NCBI GenBank assembly: GCA_963829525.1
Contig: CAWHIJ010000003.1
Location: 2,877,647-2,941,646 of the forward strand
DNA length: 64,000 bases
Direction of reading: 5' to 3'
Source of the DNA: an uncultured Actinomycetota bacterium
GTDB taxonomy: Bacteria > Actinomycetota > Actinomycetes > JAHEKZ01
Shown: positions 40,246 through 49,155 of the stretch, piece after piece
How positions within the stretch are numbered: the first letter of the stretch is position 1
Layout: every line of letters starts with the position of its first letter
Program-made: the position numbers and the translations under genes
The notes under the pieces: generated by a model
Databases searched by the model: none
Seen by the model: only the letters and a program-made list of their open reading frames with translations
Told to the model about the DNA's origin: nothing

Positions 40246-40644
40246 TCAGCTGGAGCGGCGCTCACGGGCATTCTCGATGCCCATCTTCACCAAGATGATC
40301 GGCAACAACAACGTCGCCAGCATCGTGGTGATCCACACGATCAGCGTGGCGAAGACCCAAGTATCCAAACCCGTGATCGTGAGCCCGTCGCTGACCAGGT
40401 CGGCCACCAGCAGAGCCACGAAGGTCGAGATCAATCCCGTGGCACCCAGCAGCGCTGGCGCATTTCTCATCGTGATCTTGGCGAAGAACGGTGCAAGCAC
40501 CGACTGCAGCACCGCAAAGATGATGACCACCGTGACGAACGACGTCGCGTCGATGCTCATCCCGTCGAGGGTGACCTTGGCCACCAGCAGCCCGATCGCC
40601 GAGGACGCCAAAAAGATCGCTGCACGCACGAGAAACCGAATCAT
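40246..40644 (-). CDS. 4-TM membrane protein, holin superfamily IV-like
   Basis: MIRFLVRAAIFLASSAIGLLVA...GLISTFVALLVA...GLTITG..TWVFATLIVW; leaderless. Confidence 0.8.
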   Translation of the reverse strand: MIRFLVRAAIFLASSAIGLLVAKVTLDGMSIDATSFVTVVIIFAVLQSVLAPFFAKITMRNAPALLGATGLISTFVALLVADLVSDGLTITGLDTWVFATLIVWITTMLATLLLPIILVKMGIENARERRSS

Positions 40645-40680
40645 GGGCACAGCGTAGGGGCCCCGATGCCGATGATGGCT

Positions 40681-40728
40681 CAACTGCGGAACGAAATCCG
40701 TGCTCAGCGCGGATTTCGTTCCGCAACC
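40681..40728. repeat. REP-like 48-bp palindromic element, copy B (most perfect)
   Basis: CAACTGCGGAACGAAATCCGTGCTCAGCGCGGATTTCGTTCCGCAACC. Confidence 0.9.
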
Positions 40729-40737
40729 TCGATGCCT

Positions 40738-40830
40738 CCACCGCACCGCCGTCCCACCGCATCGCCGTCCCACCGCACCGCCGTCCCACCACACTGCCGT
40801 CCCACCGCACTGCCGTCCCACCGCACTGCC
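40738..40830. repeat. 16-bp minisatellite x~6
   Basis: CCGCAC(C/T)GCCGTCCCA units. Confidence 0.9.
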
Positions 40831-40932
40831 CGGTTCCGCCACCTCGCCGTCCACAGCCGCCCATCCCGCGGACGGTCCCCAGCTGTCGCCAGCCGAGCCA
40901 GCCTCGGCGGGCAGCGCCGGGAGGCTGCAGCC

Positions 40933-41838
40933 ATGCCGCCCTCCATCCCTGACGTCCTACGATCACAGCGCGGCGTGATTCATCGAGAGCAGGCGCGCGA
41001 CGCCGGGCTCTCTGATGATCAGATCGAGCGACTGGTGCGCAACAAGAAGTTGACGCGCCTCGCGCCGCGCGCCTTCCTCGCTGACTCAGCCCCGCTCACC
41101 TGGCAGGCATGGGCCTTCGCCGCGATCCTTTCCTTGGGCCCGGACGCGGTCCTCGTCGGCGCATCCGCGGTCTCACTGCGCAACCTCGGTCCACCCACAT
41201 TTCCTGTGTCAGTCGCCATCCCCGCGCACCGCAGAACCCGCCTCGACATACCCCAGGTGCGAGTCCTGCGTCTGGATGTGCCGGAAGCCGATCGCGTCAC
41301 CGTCGACGGTCTCCCCACCACCTCCCGCCTGCGCACAGCCGTCGACGTTGCGCATCTGCTGCCGCTGCTTCAGGCTCAACCAATCCTGGACCGCATGCTG
41401 GTTCTCGACATGGTCAAGCTTGACGACCTAACGCGAATCATCAACGGTTCGCGGCGAGCCGGTTCGGCCCAGGCTCGAGTCCTCATGAAGAGCGCCGGCG
41501 ACCTCGCGGCCGCCGAGTCCGAGCGGTTTGCCCGCAGAGTCCTTCGCGAGGCAGGGATCAGCGGCTGGACGGCGAACCACTCCGTCACCGTTCGGGGCGG
41601 CCGGGAAATCAAGGTTGACCTGGCTCTGAAGGGCCTCAAGATCGCGATCGAGGTCAAGGGCTGGATCTTCCACAGCAAGTCTGACCGCGCGAAGGGCGAT
41701 GACGCCCGCGTCACCGACCTGCAGCTGGCGGGGTGGTTCGTCATCCCGGTGGGGTGGCTCGAGCTGATGTCGGACACCGACGAGTTCGTGGCCAAGGTGC
41801 TGGCGGCCATCGAGGCGCGAGCCGCGCAGGCTGCGTAG
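40933..41838 (+). CDS. AbiEi-like wHTH + DUF559/Vsr-like PD-(D/E)XK nuclease protein
   Basis: QRGVIHREQARDAGLS; PTTSRLRTAVD; AESERFARRVLREAG; VDLA..LKIAIEVKGWIFH; D.ARVTDLQLAGW. Confidence 0.85.
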   Translation: MPPSIPDVLRSQRGVIHREQARDAGLSDDQIERLVRNKKLTRLAPRAFLADSAPLTWQAWAFAAILSLGPDAVLVGASAVSLRNLGPPTFPVSVAIPAHRRTRLDIPQVRVLRLDVPEADRVTVDGLPTTSRLRTAVDVAHLLPLLQAQPILDRMLVLDMVKLDDLTRIINGSRRAGSAQARVLMKSAGDLAAAESERFARRVLREAGISGWTANHSVTVRGGREIKVDLALKGLKIAIEVKGWIFHSKSDRAKGDDARVTDLQLAGWFVIPVGWLELMSDTDEFVAKVLAAIEARAAQAA

Positions 41839-41865
41839 CCGGTACCGACACGAGAGACTGGCGGC

Positions 41866-42282
41866 ATGCCGTGGGACATCGTCATCGCCGTCGTTGGGGG
41901 TCTGCTGCTGCTGTGGATCGCCCTCATTGCCGTCCTCTGGGTGACCAAGCCGGACGACGCCTCCATCACTGACGCCCTGCGGCTGCTCCCCGATGTCGTG
42001 CGCCTGGTCTCTCGCTTGGCGCGCGCTCCCGAGGTTCCGCGCCGCGTCCGCGTCGCCCTGTTCGTGCTGCTCGGCTACCTCGCGTCACCCATCGACATCG
42101 TTCCCGACTTCATCCCGGTCCTCGGCTATGCCGACGACGCAGTCATCGTCGCGCTCACCCTGCGCTGGGTAGCCGGCGTTGCCGGCCCCGAAGCACTCGA
42201 GCGGTACTGGCCGGGCACGCCGGACGGCCTGGACGCCCTTCGACGGCTCTCGCGCATCCAGGCCAGCGGGAACGATGCATGA
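41866..42282 (+). CDS. YkvA/DUF1232 membrane protein
   Basis: YLASPIDIVPDFIPVLGYADD. Confidence 0.92.
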   Translation: MPWDIVIAVVGGLLLLWIALIAVLWVTKPDDASITDALRLLPDVVRLVSRLARAPEVPRRVRVALFVLLGYLASPIDIVPDFIPVLGYADDAVIVALTLRWVAGVAGPEALERYWPGTPDGLDALRRLSRIQASGNDA

Positions 42283-42683
42283 CGGATGGGCGTCCAACGG
42301 CCATGATCGTCCGGAACACCCTTGCCGCTACCGCCTTCACCCTGGCGGCACTCTCCGGCTGTGGCTCGGGCGAGCCCGACCTGGTGGCAACGGTCACCGG
42401 CATCGTGGAGCAGGGGCCCACCTGCCCGGTCGAGACACTCAACTCCCCCTGCCCACCCGAACCCGCGATCGGAGCGCGCATCGAGGTGCTGCAAGAGGGC
42501 CAGGTGGTGGCGTCCACGACGACCGACGCGGACGGCCGATTCGAGGTCGCCGCCCCGGAAGGCGCCATCGAGGTGCGGGCAGAGTCTGCCGATGGGCTGC
42601 CCTCGCAGGACGTCGCAACGTTCACCCTGGACCCCGGCGACGACGTCGAGACGGCGTTCACCCTCGACACCGGGATCCGCTAG
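42279..42683 (+). CDS. Lipoprotein with carboxypeptidase-regulatory-like domain
   Basis: LSGC lipobox; GPTCPVE...CPPEP; TDADGRFEV; LDTGIR end. Confidence 0.78.
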   Translation: MTDGRPTAMIVRNTLAATAFTLAALSGCGSGEPDLVATVTGIVEQGPTCPVETLNSPCPPEPAIGARIEVLQEGQVVASTTTDADGRFEVAAPEGAIEVRAESADGLPSQDVATFTLDPGDDVETAFTLDTGIR

Positions 42684-42746
42684 GCGTCGCGGCACGCCGG
42701 ACCAACGCCCCTACCGGACGCCGCGCGTCGCGCGCACGCTGAGGCC

Positions 42747-43679
42747 ATGACCACGACACACCAGGGGACACACCAGGCGACCCCGGTCGCCCACCACGCA
42801 CCCGTACTTATCAGCCCAGGAATGGCACTTTCCGAAGAGCCTGACCAGACCGGCCTAGCTGCCCTCACTCATCGCGACCCGGCGCCGTGGCTGCGCCTCT
42901 CCCTCGCCACCGCAGTGCTCGGCGCGATCGGCAGCGTCGTCGCGCTGCTGGACGTCCAACGCTTCTACGGGGCCGAGACCGAGCCCTTCATTGACCAGGC
43001 CGTCGCGCAGGACATCGTCAACCTCGCAATCGTCATGCCGCTGATGGTCGTCTTCACCTGGCGCGCGTTGCGCGGCTCCTCCGCGTCCTACCTGGTATGG
43101 CTCGGCTTCCTCACGTTCACCGTCTACAACTACTTCATCTACACGTTCTCCATCCACTTCGGACCGCTCTTCCTGCTCTGGGTAGCGGTCCTGGGCACGG
43201 CGATCTTCGCTCTGGTGGGAGGCGCCATCAGCCTGGACGCCCAGGCCGTCGCCAATGCACTCGACTTCCGCAAGGAGCGGCTCGCTGCCGGCTTCCTGCT
43301 GGTGACGGCCGTCCTCTTTGCGTTCCTGTGGCTCTCTGACATCGTCCCTGCACTGGTGGACGGGACCGCTCCAACGGCGGCCACCGACGTGAACCTGCCG
43401 ACCAACCCGGTGCACGTCCTCGATCTCGCCTTCTTCCTTCCCGCCGTCGCGATCGTGGGGGGATCACTGTGGCAACGGCGTGCACTGGGCTACGCCGCTG
43501 CCCCGGCGATGCTCGTCTTCCTCGCGATCACCGGGTTGCCGATCATCGCCACGGTGTTCGTCGCTGACGCGCGCGGCAACGAGCCTGCGTGGCAGCTACT
43601 CGGACCGATCGGCGTCATCACGGCGGCGTGCATTGTGCTGACGTGGGTGCTGGTGCACCGGCTGCGGCTGCATCGGTAA
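42747..43679 (+). CDS. Multi-pass membrane hypothetical protein
   Basis: About 8 TMs; AQDIVNL, YNYFIY and PTNPVHVLDLAF conserved-looking motifs. Confidence 0.8.
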   Translation: MTTTHQGTHQATPVAHHAPVLISPGMALSEEPDQTGLAALTHRDPAPWLRLSLATAVLGAIGSVVALLDVQRFYGAETEPFIDQAVAQDIVNLAIVMPLMVVFTWRALRGSSASYLVWLGFLTFTVYNYFIYTFSIHFGPLFLLWVAVLGTAIFALVGGAISLDAQAVANALDFRKERLAAGFLLVTAVLFAFLWLSDIVPALVDGTAPTAATDVNLPTNPVHVLDLAFFLPAVAIVGGSLWQRRALGYAAAPAMLVFLAITGLPIIATVFVADARGNEPAWQLLGPIGVITAACIVLTWVLVHRLRLHR

Positions 43680-43754
43680 CGGACGCCCTGCTATCGGCTG
43701 CGGCTGCATCGGTAACGGACGCCCTGCTATCGGCTGCGGCTGCATCGGTGACGG
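43659..43754. repeat. 36-bp tandem repeat x2.6 containing the upstream gene's stop codon
   Basis: CGGCTGCGGCTGCATCGGTAACGGACGCCCTGCTAT. Confidence 0.92.
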
Positions 43755-43809
43755 GGCCCAACTATCGTCCGCCGCGCATCGGTGACCCCTCACGCGTCTG
43801 TCAGGCCCT

Positions 43810-43857
43810 GACATCGGAACACTATCCGCGCTCAGCGCGGAGAACGTTCCGCAGTTG
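43810..43857. repeat. REP-like 48-bp palindromic element, copy C
   Basis: GACATCGGAACACTATCCGCGCTCAGCGCGGAGAACGTTCCGCAGTTG. Confidence 0.82.
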
Positions 43858-43947
43858 GCTGCTCCCACCACCAGCTGCGGCTCCCACCACCAGGTGCGGC
43901 TCCTACCACCAGGTGCTGCTCCTACCACCAGCTGCGGCTCCCACCAC
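43852..43947. repeat. 19-bp minisatellite x5 starting at the end of copy C
   Basis: CAG(C/G)TGC(G/T)GCTCC(C/T)ACCAC units. Confidence 0.9.
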
Positions 43948-44048
43948 TACGGCGGGACGCACCACCGCGGTCTCCCACCCGACCGACGCACTCTTGATTT
44001 CCGTATCCCCATACAGTTAAGGTCATCTTCTCTTCCGACGGAGGCCCC

Positions 44049-45314
44049 ATGACCGCAACTGCACAGCACGACGTCATCGTGGTGGGGGCGGGGCTCGCCG
44101 GGCTGCGGGCCGCTCGCGACCTGGCAGATGCCGGACGCCGCGTGCTCGTCCTCGAGGCACGCGACCGCGTCGCCGGACGCGGGTGGACGTCTATCTTCCC
44201 CGGCAGCCACCTCTCGATCGAGCTCGGCGGCGCATGGTTCACCGAGCACCAACCCCTGGTCCCGCAAGAGCTGAACCGCTACGGCATCGGCGTCCGCAAG
44301 TTCGAGCCGGTGACCTCGACGCGCTGGCACACCGGGGGCCAGCTGCGCCTCGACGAGCCCTTTCCCGCTGACGACGCAGCAAGCGTCGCGGCGATGCAGC
44401 AGATGACCGACGACGCCGCCGCGATGGCGGCCGGCATCGACGATCCGCGCTTCCACCTGTCACTCGACGGTTACCTCGACGCGATCGATGCCCCTGCGAC
44501 CGTCCGCGATCTGGCCTACGGCTGGTGGTCGATCACCGGTGGCGGCGACCCCGCGGTGGGATGCGTCGAGGGCATCCTCGGCGCGATGACCTCGGAGGGA
44601 CCGATCGGCGACATGGGCTACCTCCGCTACGCACCCGACCCGGGGTGGTCCGCACTCGCAACGGCGATGGCCAACACCGAGGGCGTCGACATCGAGTTCG
44701 GTCAGGCGGTCTCCCAGGTGTTCCACGACGACGACTCCGTCAGCGTGCGAACCGCGCACTCGGCGTTCACGGCGTCGGCCGCCGTCATGGCTGTCCCGGT
44801 CAACACGTACTCCGACATCCGCTTCACCCCGTCACTGCCCGACCGCCTCGAGGACGCGTTCGGCTGCAGCGCGGGCAAGGCGTTCAAGGTGTGGCTGCTC
44901 ACCCGCGGTGTTCCACATCGCGCGCTGGCGTTCGGTCGGGGCCACGGCGTCAACTGGCTCTACGGCGACCGCGTCGACGGCGACACCACCCTCGTCGTCG
45001 GTTTCGGGTGGCCGGTCGAGGGCTTCGACCCGTCCGCGCGGGTCGACCTCGAACAAGCTCTGCACCGGTTCTTCCCGGACGCCGAGCTGCTTGAGCACAC
45101 CACGCACGACTGGCTCACCGACAGCGCGAGCCTCGGCACCTGGGTCAACCCCATCGCTGGCCAGACGCACCGGCTCACCCCGGAAACGTGGGCTCCCACC
45201 GGACGTCTGGCGTTCGCGACCTCCGACTTCGCCGCCGAGCACGCCGGTTGGTACGAGGGGGCGCTGGTGTCAGGACGCGACGCCGCGCGCGCCGTGCTTG
45301 ATACTCACAACTGA
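44049..45314 (+). CDS. Flavin monoamine oxidase family protein
   Basis: VVGAGLAGLRAA...VLEARDRVAGR; ELGGAW; GWYEGALVSG. Confidence 0.92.
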   Translation: MTATAQHDVIVVGAGLAGLRAARDLADAGRRVLVLEARDRVAGRGWTSIFPGSHLSIELGGAWFTEHQPLVPQELNRYGIGVRKFEPVTSTRWHTGGQLRLDEPFPADDAASVAAMQQMTDDAAAMAAGIDDPRFHLSLDGYLDAIDAPATVRDLAYGWWSITGGGDPAVGCVEGILGAMTSEGPIGDMGYLRYAPDPGWSALATAMANTEGVDIEFGQAVSQVFHDDDSVSVRTAHSAFTASAAVMAVPVNTYSDIRFTPSLPDRLEDAFGCSAGKAFKVWLLTRGVPHRALAFGRGHGVNWLYGDRVDGDTTLVVGFGWPVEGFDPSARVDLEQALHRFFPDAELLEHTTHDWLTDSASLGTWVNPIAGQTHRLTPETWAPTGRLAFATSDFAAEHAGWYEGALVSGRDAARAVLDTHN

Positions 45315-45357
45315 ACGCGGCCAGGGTGCTGTTGCTACGACAGCGAACGCGTCCCTC

Positions 45358-45431
45358 AGGCTGGCCGCCGATGCAGTGCGGCGACTCAGAGCGAAGGCTG
45401 GCCGCAGATGCAGTGCGGCGACTCAGAGCGA
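45358..45431. repeat. 37-bp tandem repeat x2
   Basis: AGGCTGGCCGC(C/A)GATGCAGTGCGGCGACTCAGAGCGA. Confidence 0.88.
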
Positions 45432-45451
45432 CGAGATCGAGCTCTTCGCGC

Positions 45452-46693
45452 CTAACCCCACCGCACCACGAGCTCGCGCTCGACAAACGCGGCGAACGGC
45501 TGCAGCGCCGCCTCAACAGCGGGGCGGTCCTTGCGACCGATGCCGCGTCCCAGCGGTGCAACATCAACGGTGACCGACTTCGCCGAGATCGTCCGCTTCC
45601 ACGTCCCCACCACACGTCCATCTCGCACGATCGTCGCGCGGAAGACCCCGTTCTTGCCGGGGATCACCGCCTCCATGCCGGCAGCGTCCACCATGAGCGA
45701 GCGGTCCTTGAAGCCGAGCAGGTACTCGTCGAACCCAGGCAGCGCCAGCCACTCCGGCACTTGCGGAAGATCCTGCACCCCAGCGGTGGACGATCCTCCG
45801 CGAACGCCCACTTTGGCCGCGCCGACCTCGCGGGTGGACGATCCTTCGCGAGCGCCGTCTTTGGCCGCGCCGACCTTGCGGGTGGGTGATCCTCCACGCG
45901 CGCCCTCCAACAGCTCGGCGGCCATCACCATCTCGACACCGTCGCCGCGCACCGCAACCAACGCGTCCCCACACGCAGCGATCCCGGTCTTCGCGTCACC
46001 GGCGGTCAGCCCCGTCCACCCGGCGAAGTCCTTCCGCGTCGTCGGCCCATGCGAACGGAAGTACCTCAGCGCGATCGTCGCCAGCGCCTCGTCGCGCGTC
46101 ACTTCACGTTGCTGCGGCGCCCAGTCGTCGAGCAGCACGAACGTCTGCTCGCCGTCGACCGTCGGCCCAATACACGTGACGCCGTGCTGGCTGGCGTACC
46201 AGAGCAGGTGATACCCGCGTTGCCCGGCGCCGTCGATTCCATCGGCCACCAACGCCTCGATGCACTCAGCACGCGTCAGGCGTCCATCCCGCGCAAGCGC
46301 CTCGCCGAGCACCTCCACAGCGCGGTCCGCGTCCGCCGTCGAGAGCCCCAGATATTCGCGACGCTTCGCTGCACCGGCCAACGGTTTCTCTCCGAGTACG
46401 CGCAGCATCCAGCGCGCGTCTTCGGCCGGCACCAAGTGGATCGTCCCTCGCATCGGCCACGTCCGCAGCACCGAGCCGGCTTCGAGCGCCGCTTCAATGT
46501 CGATCAGCGTCGAGCCGGGCAGCCGCACCCCCAGCGACCACTGCAGGCTCGCCAGGTCTTGCCCCTGCAGCGCGCCGAACCACGCAGCGATGTCGGCTAC
46601 GCCCGCAGGCACCGGCACGCCGTCGGACGCCGCGAGCTGCAGGCTCGCCATCCGCAGCGCCAGCACCTCAGCGGCAGTCAGGTCTGAACTCAT
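45452..46693 (-). CDS. AlkZ/HTH_42 winged-helix DNA glycosylase family
   Basis: LQGQD (QxQ motif); RTWPMRGTIHLV; RYFRSHGPTT..DFAGWTGL; LPGFDEYLLG; GRVVGTW. Confidence 0.9.
   Translation of the reverse strand: MSSDLTAAEVLALRMASLQLAASDGVPVPAGVADIAAWFGALQGQDLASLQWSLGVRLPGSTLIDIEAALEAGSVLRTWPMRGTIHLVPAEDARWMLRVLGEKPLAGAAKRREYLGLSTADADRAVEVLGEALARDGRLTRAECIEALVADGIDGAGQRGYHLLWYASQHGVTCIGPTVDGEQTFVLLDDWAPQQREVTRDEALATIALRYFRSHGPTTRKDFAGWTGLTAGDAKTGIAACGDALVAVRGDGVEMVMAAELLEGARGGSPTRKVGAAKDGAREGSSTREVGAAKVGVRGGSSTAGVQDLPQVPEWLALPGFDEYLLGFKDRSLMVDAAGMEAVIPGKNGVFRATIVRDGRVVGTWKRTISAKSVTVDVAPLGRGIGRKDRPAVEAALQPFAAFVERELVVRWG
45783..45905. repeat. 48-bp in-frame repeat x2.5 inside the AlkZ-like gene
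   Basis: GGTGG(AC/GT)GATCC at 45785, 45833 and 45881; encodes GARGGSPTRKVGAAKD-like units. Confidence 0.85.
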
Positions 46694-46821
46694 GGACCGA
46701 TCCTGTCATCGCCCCCCGACACAGTGACCGATGCCGTCCAACGCGTCGGCGTGGCACCCTGGCGCCATTCACAGCACCAGGGACCATGAGGGTGACCGTC
46801 ACCTCTCAGATGGGACCCCAC

Positions 46822-47397
46822 ATGAACACACTCAGTCGCCTTCGTCCGTCGCCAGCCATGGCCGTGGCGCTGATTGCCCTGGTCGTCGCGATGGGCGGCA
46901 CGGCGATAGCCGGCACCGTCATCAACGGCGCCGACATCAAGAAGAACACCGTCACCGGAAAGCAGGTCAAGGAGTCGTCCCTCGGCAAGGTGCCGAAAGC
47001 GACAAAGGCCGACGGCCTGTCAACGCTGCCGGCCGGGAAGCTCATGTCCGGCACCTTCGGCGCCGGCGCCAGCAACGCCACCAACTCCGGCGACGGCTAC
47101 CTTGGCACCGGCGTGACCTACCCACGCCCGTTGTCCGCACCGATCCCAGACGCAAACATCATCGACATCCGGGACAGCTCTTACACCACTGAGTGCCCTG
47201 GACCGGGCAAGGCCCAGGCCGGCTACCTGTGCCTCTACAACAAGATCTGGAACGGCACGGACCTCGGCTACGGCTACAGCGACTACAAGTACTTGAAGGT
47301 CGACGGGAAGTCGATCGGCGTCGTCCTGTACTGGTCGATCACTGGCAGTAACCCGTATGCCGGCGGTTCCTGGACGTTGCGCGCACCCACCAAGTAG
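46822..47397 (+). CDS. Secreted hypothetical protein
   Basis: PSPAMAVALIALVVAMGGTA signal; IKKNTVTGKQVKESSL; CPG...AGYLCLY. Confidence 0.8.
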   Translation: MNTLSRLRPSPAMAVALIALVVAMGGTAIAGTVINGADIKKNTVTGKQVKESSLGKVPKATKADGLSTLPAGKLMSGTFGAGASNATNSGDGYLGTGVTYPRPLSAPIPDANIIDIRDSSYTTECPGPGKAQAGYLCLYNKIWNGTDLGYGYSDYKYLKVDGKSIGVVLYWSITGSNPYAGGSWTLRAPTK

Positions 47398-47403
47398 GCC
47401 CTT

Positions 47404-47449
47404 GTTTACGGCCTCCGGTGTGCCAAGGGGTGCACCGGAGGCCGTAAAC
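47404..47449. terminator. Hairpin between convergent genes
   Basis: GTTTACGGCCTCCGGTG...CACCGGAGGCCGTAAAC. Confidence 0.8.
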
Positions 47450-47481
47450 GCCGGCGCAGAAATGACCGCGGCCTTGACCGC

Positions 47482-48072
47482 TCAGTCGAGCCGGATGTCG
47501 TGCAGATCCATGAACGTGACCGGACCGTCGAGCATGGCTTCCCACTCCGCGGCGCCCGTGTCGTCCTGCATCGACTTCTCACCGACGCGCGCGGCGTCCT
47601 CGGACGTGAAGTAGATCGCCTGGACGAACTCGCGGTCACCGTGCCAACCGACAATGCCGCCGACGATGTCGGGGCGGGCGGCAGCCAGCTCATCCTCCAT
47701 CGCCGCGGCACCAGTGCGCATGGCGGCCGGATCGACCGCGCGTCCGCGCATGATCTGGACGAAGCCGGCGTCGTTCGAGCCGCCGCCCATCATCGTGTCG
47801 ACCTCGGTGCAGTCGGTGAAGTCCACGTCGCCATCGAAGGCCGACATCATCGTTTCCCACCAAGCGTTCTGCTCCGGCATTTGCGAGTTCGCCTCGGCTG
47901 CCTCCGCCGACTCGAAGCGTGCGAGCGCCACGAACTGCCCGTCATCGGCGAACCCGGTCGTGGCGCCGAGAAAACCTTTGGCGTTTGACCGGTAGTTGGT
48001 CCGCCAGACATCCATTTGTCGCTCGAGTAGGTCTCTGTCCCGGACCTTGCCTTGCATGATCTGCAGGAACAC
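47482..48072 (-). CDS. Hypothetical protein with two ABM-like (dimeric alpha/beta barrel) halves
   Basis: Internal duplication FLQIMQGKV/FVQIMRGRA and RFESAEAA/YFTSEDAA; GGAGG RBS. Confidence 0.75.
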   Translation of the reverse strand: MFLQIMQGKVRDRDLLERQMDVWRTNYRSNAKGFLGATTGFADDGQFVALARFESAEAAEANSQMPEQNAWWETMMSAFDGDVDFTDCTEVDTMMGGGSNDAGFVQIMRGRAVDPAAMRTGAAAMEDELAAARPDIVGGIVGWHGDREFVQAIYFTSEDAARVGEKSMQDDTGAAEWEAMLDGPVTFMDLHDIRLD

Positions 48073-48237
48073 CGCGCACCTCCGCGCTCGATCCCCCCGG
48101 GGGGGCTGTCTGCCCCTGCCCTCGCCGCCCAGCATGCGCCTACCGCCCCGAAATGATCAAGAGCCAGGGGCAACTCGCGCCTTATTGGCGGCGTCTCGTG
48201 TCCCCCGGAGGCACATCAGGCGCCGCGAATGACCGCC

Positions 48238-48903
48238 TCAGCCGAGCGCCGTCGCCAGCGCCTCGGCCTCAGCCTGCGTGAAGCGGCCGTTGATCTGCAG
48301 GACGCCACCCTTGATCGGCTCCTGAACCACAGGGGCCGTCACCACTGCGTCGTTCAGCACGATGGCGAGCTGGTTCAGCGGCGGCCCCAAGGCGGAGACC
48401 CGCCTCGTCACGTCCTCGAAGGTTGCCGCTGCCTCATCGGTCAGGGTCACCTGCACCGTCCAGTCGCTGGACGCCTGTCCCTGCAGCGCGATCGCATCGG
48501 CGACTCCCCCTCCGGAGAGCTCACTCGGCCCGAGCCCGTACCGGAAGCCGAACGAGTCGCACAGGATCACGTTGTCGTCAGGGGCAGTCGGACGCGGCTG
48601 CAGGTCGCAGTCGATGCGCAGCAGATCACCGGTGGCGTCCTTGCCGCCCTTGGCCGGTCCCGGCCGAAGTGGGGGCTTGCGCTGGATGCCGCCAGACTCT
48701 TGGAAGTACACCTGACGCAGCTCGAAGGACGTCGCTTCAGCAGCACCCGGTGCAGCACCCGTTGGCGGCGCCGACGGCGACGGCGCCTGCGTCGAATCGG
48801 ACTCGGACGCCCCGCCGCCCATCAGCAGCGCCGCGCCGAGCCCCGCGAACACGACGCCGAGAACGACGATCACCGTGACTACCGTCCATCCGCGACTCCG
48901 CAC
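48238..48903 (-). CDS. SecD P1-head subdomain-like membrane-anchored protein
   Basis: LGPSELSG; WTVQVTL; NQLAIVLNDAVVTAPVVQEPIKGGVLQING.FTQAEAEALA. Confidence 0.8.
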   Translation of the reverse strand: MRSRGWTVVTVIVVLGVVFAGLGAALLMGGGASESDSTQAPSPSAPPTGAAPGAAEATSFELRQVYFQESGGIQRKPPLRPGPAKGGKDATGDLLRIDCDLQPRPTAPDDNVILCDSFGFRYGLGPSELSGGGVADAIALQGQASSDWTVQVTLTDEAAATFEDVTRRVSALGPPLNQLAIVLNDAVVTAPVVQEPIKGGVLQINGRFTQAEAEALATALG

Positions 48904-49155
48904 CGGAACGTCCGCTCCTCAAAGGGTTCTTGGTCAGCCGAGCGTATCTGTTGACTCGCCGCTCACGCCCCGTCCGCCGGAGCGGCACCGACAGCACAAG
49001 GACGACCACAAAGATGGGCTACGCGATGGACCGCGGCTGCCGTGAACCTTTACCCACCCAGCGGAGTGCGAGCTGACCACGACAGCGATGCGAGCGGCTA
49101 CCGGCGATAGCGAAAGGGGGATACCCGCGAGACACCGACAGCGGTGCCTGAACCT

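Noticed and set aside
40246-40644. Holin-like gene as a sign of a prophage
   Set aside because: This family is commonly chromosomal in actinobacteria; there is no endolysin, integrase or structural gene nearby.
40933-41838. Type IV toxin-antitoxin (AbiE) defence system
   Set aside because: No AbiEii nucleotidyltransferase partner; the architecture is the solo DUF559 type.
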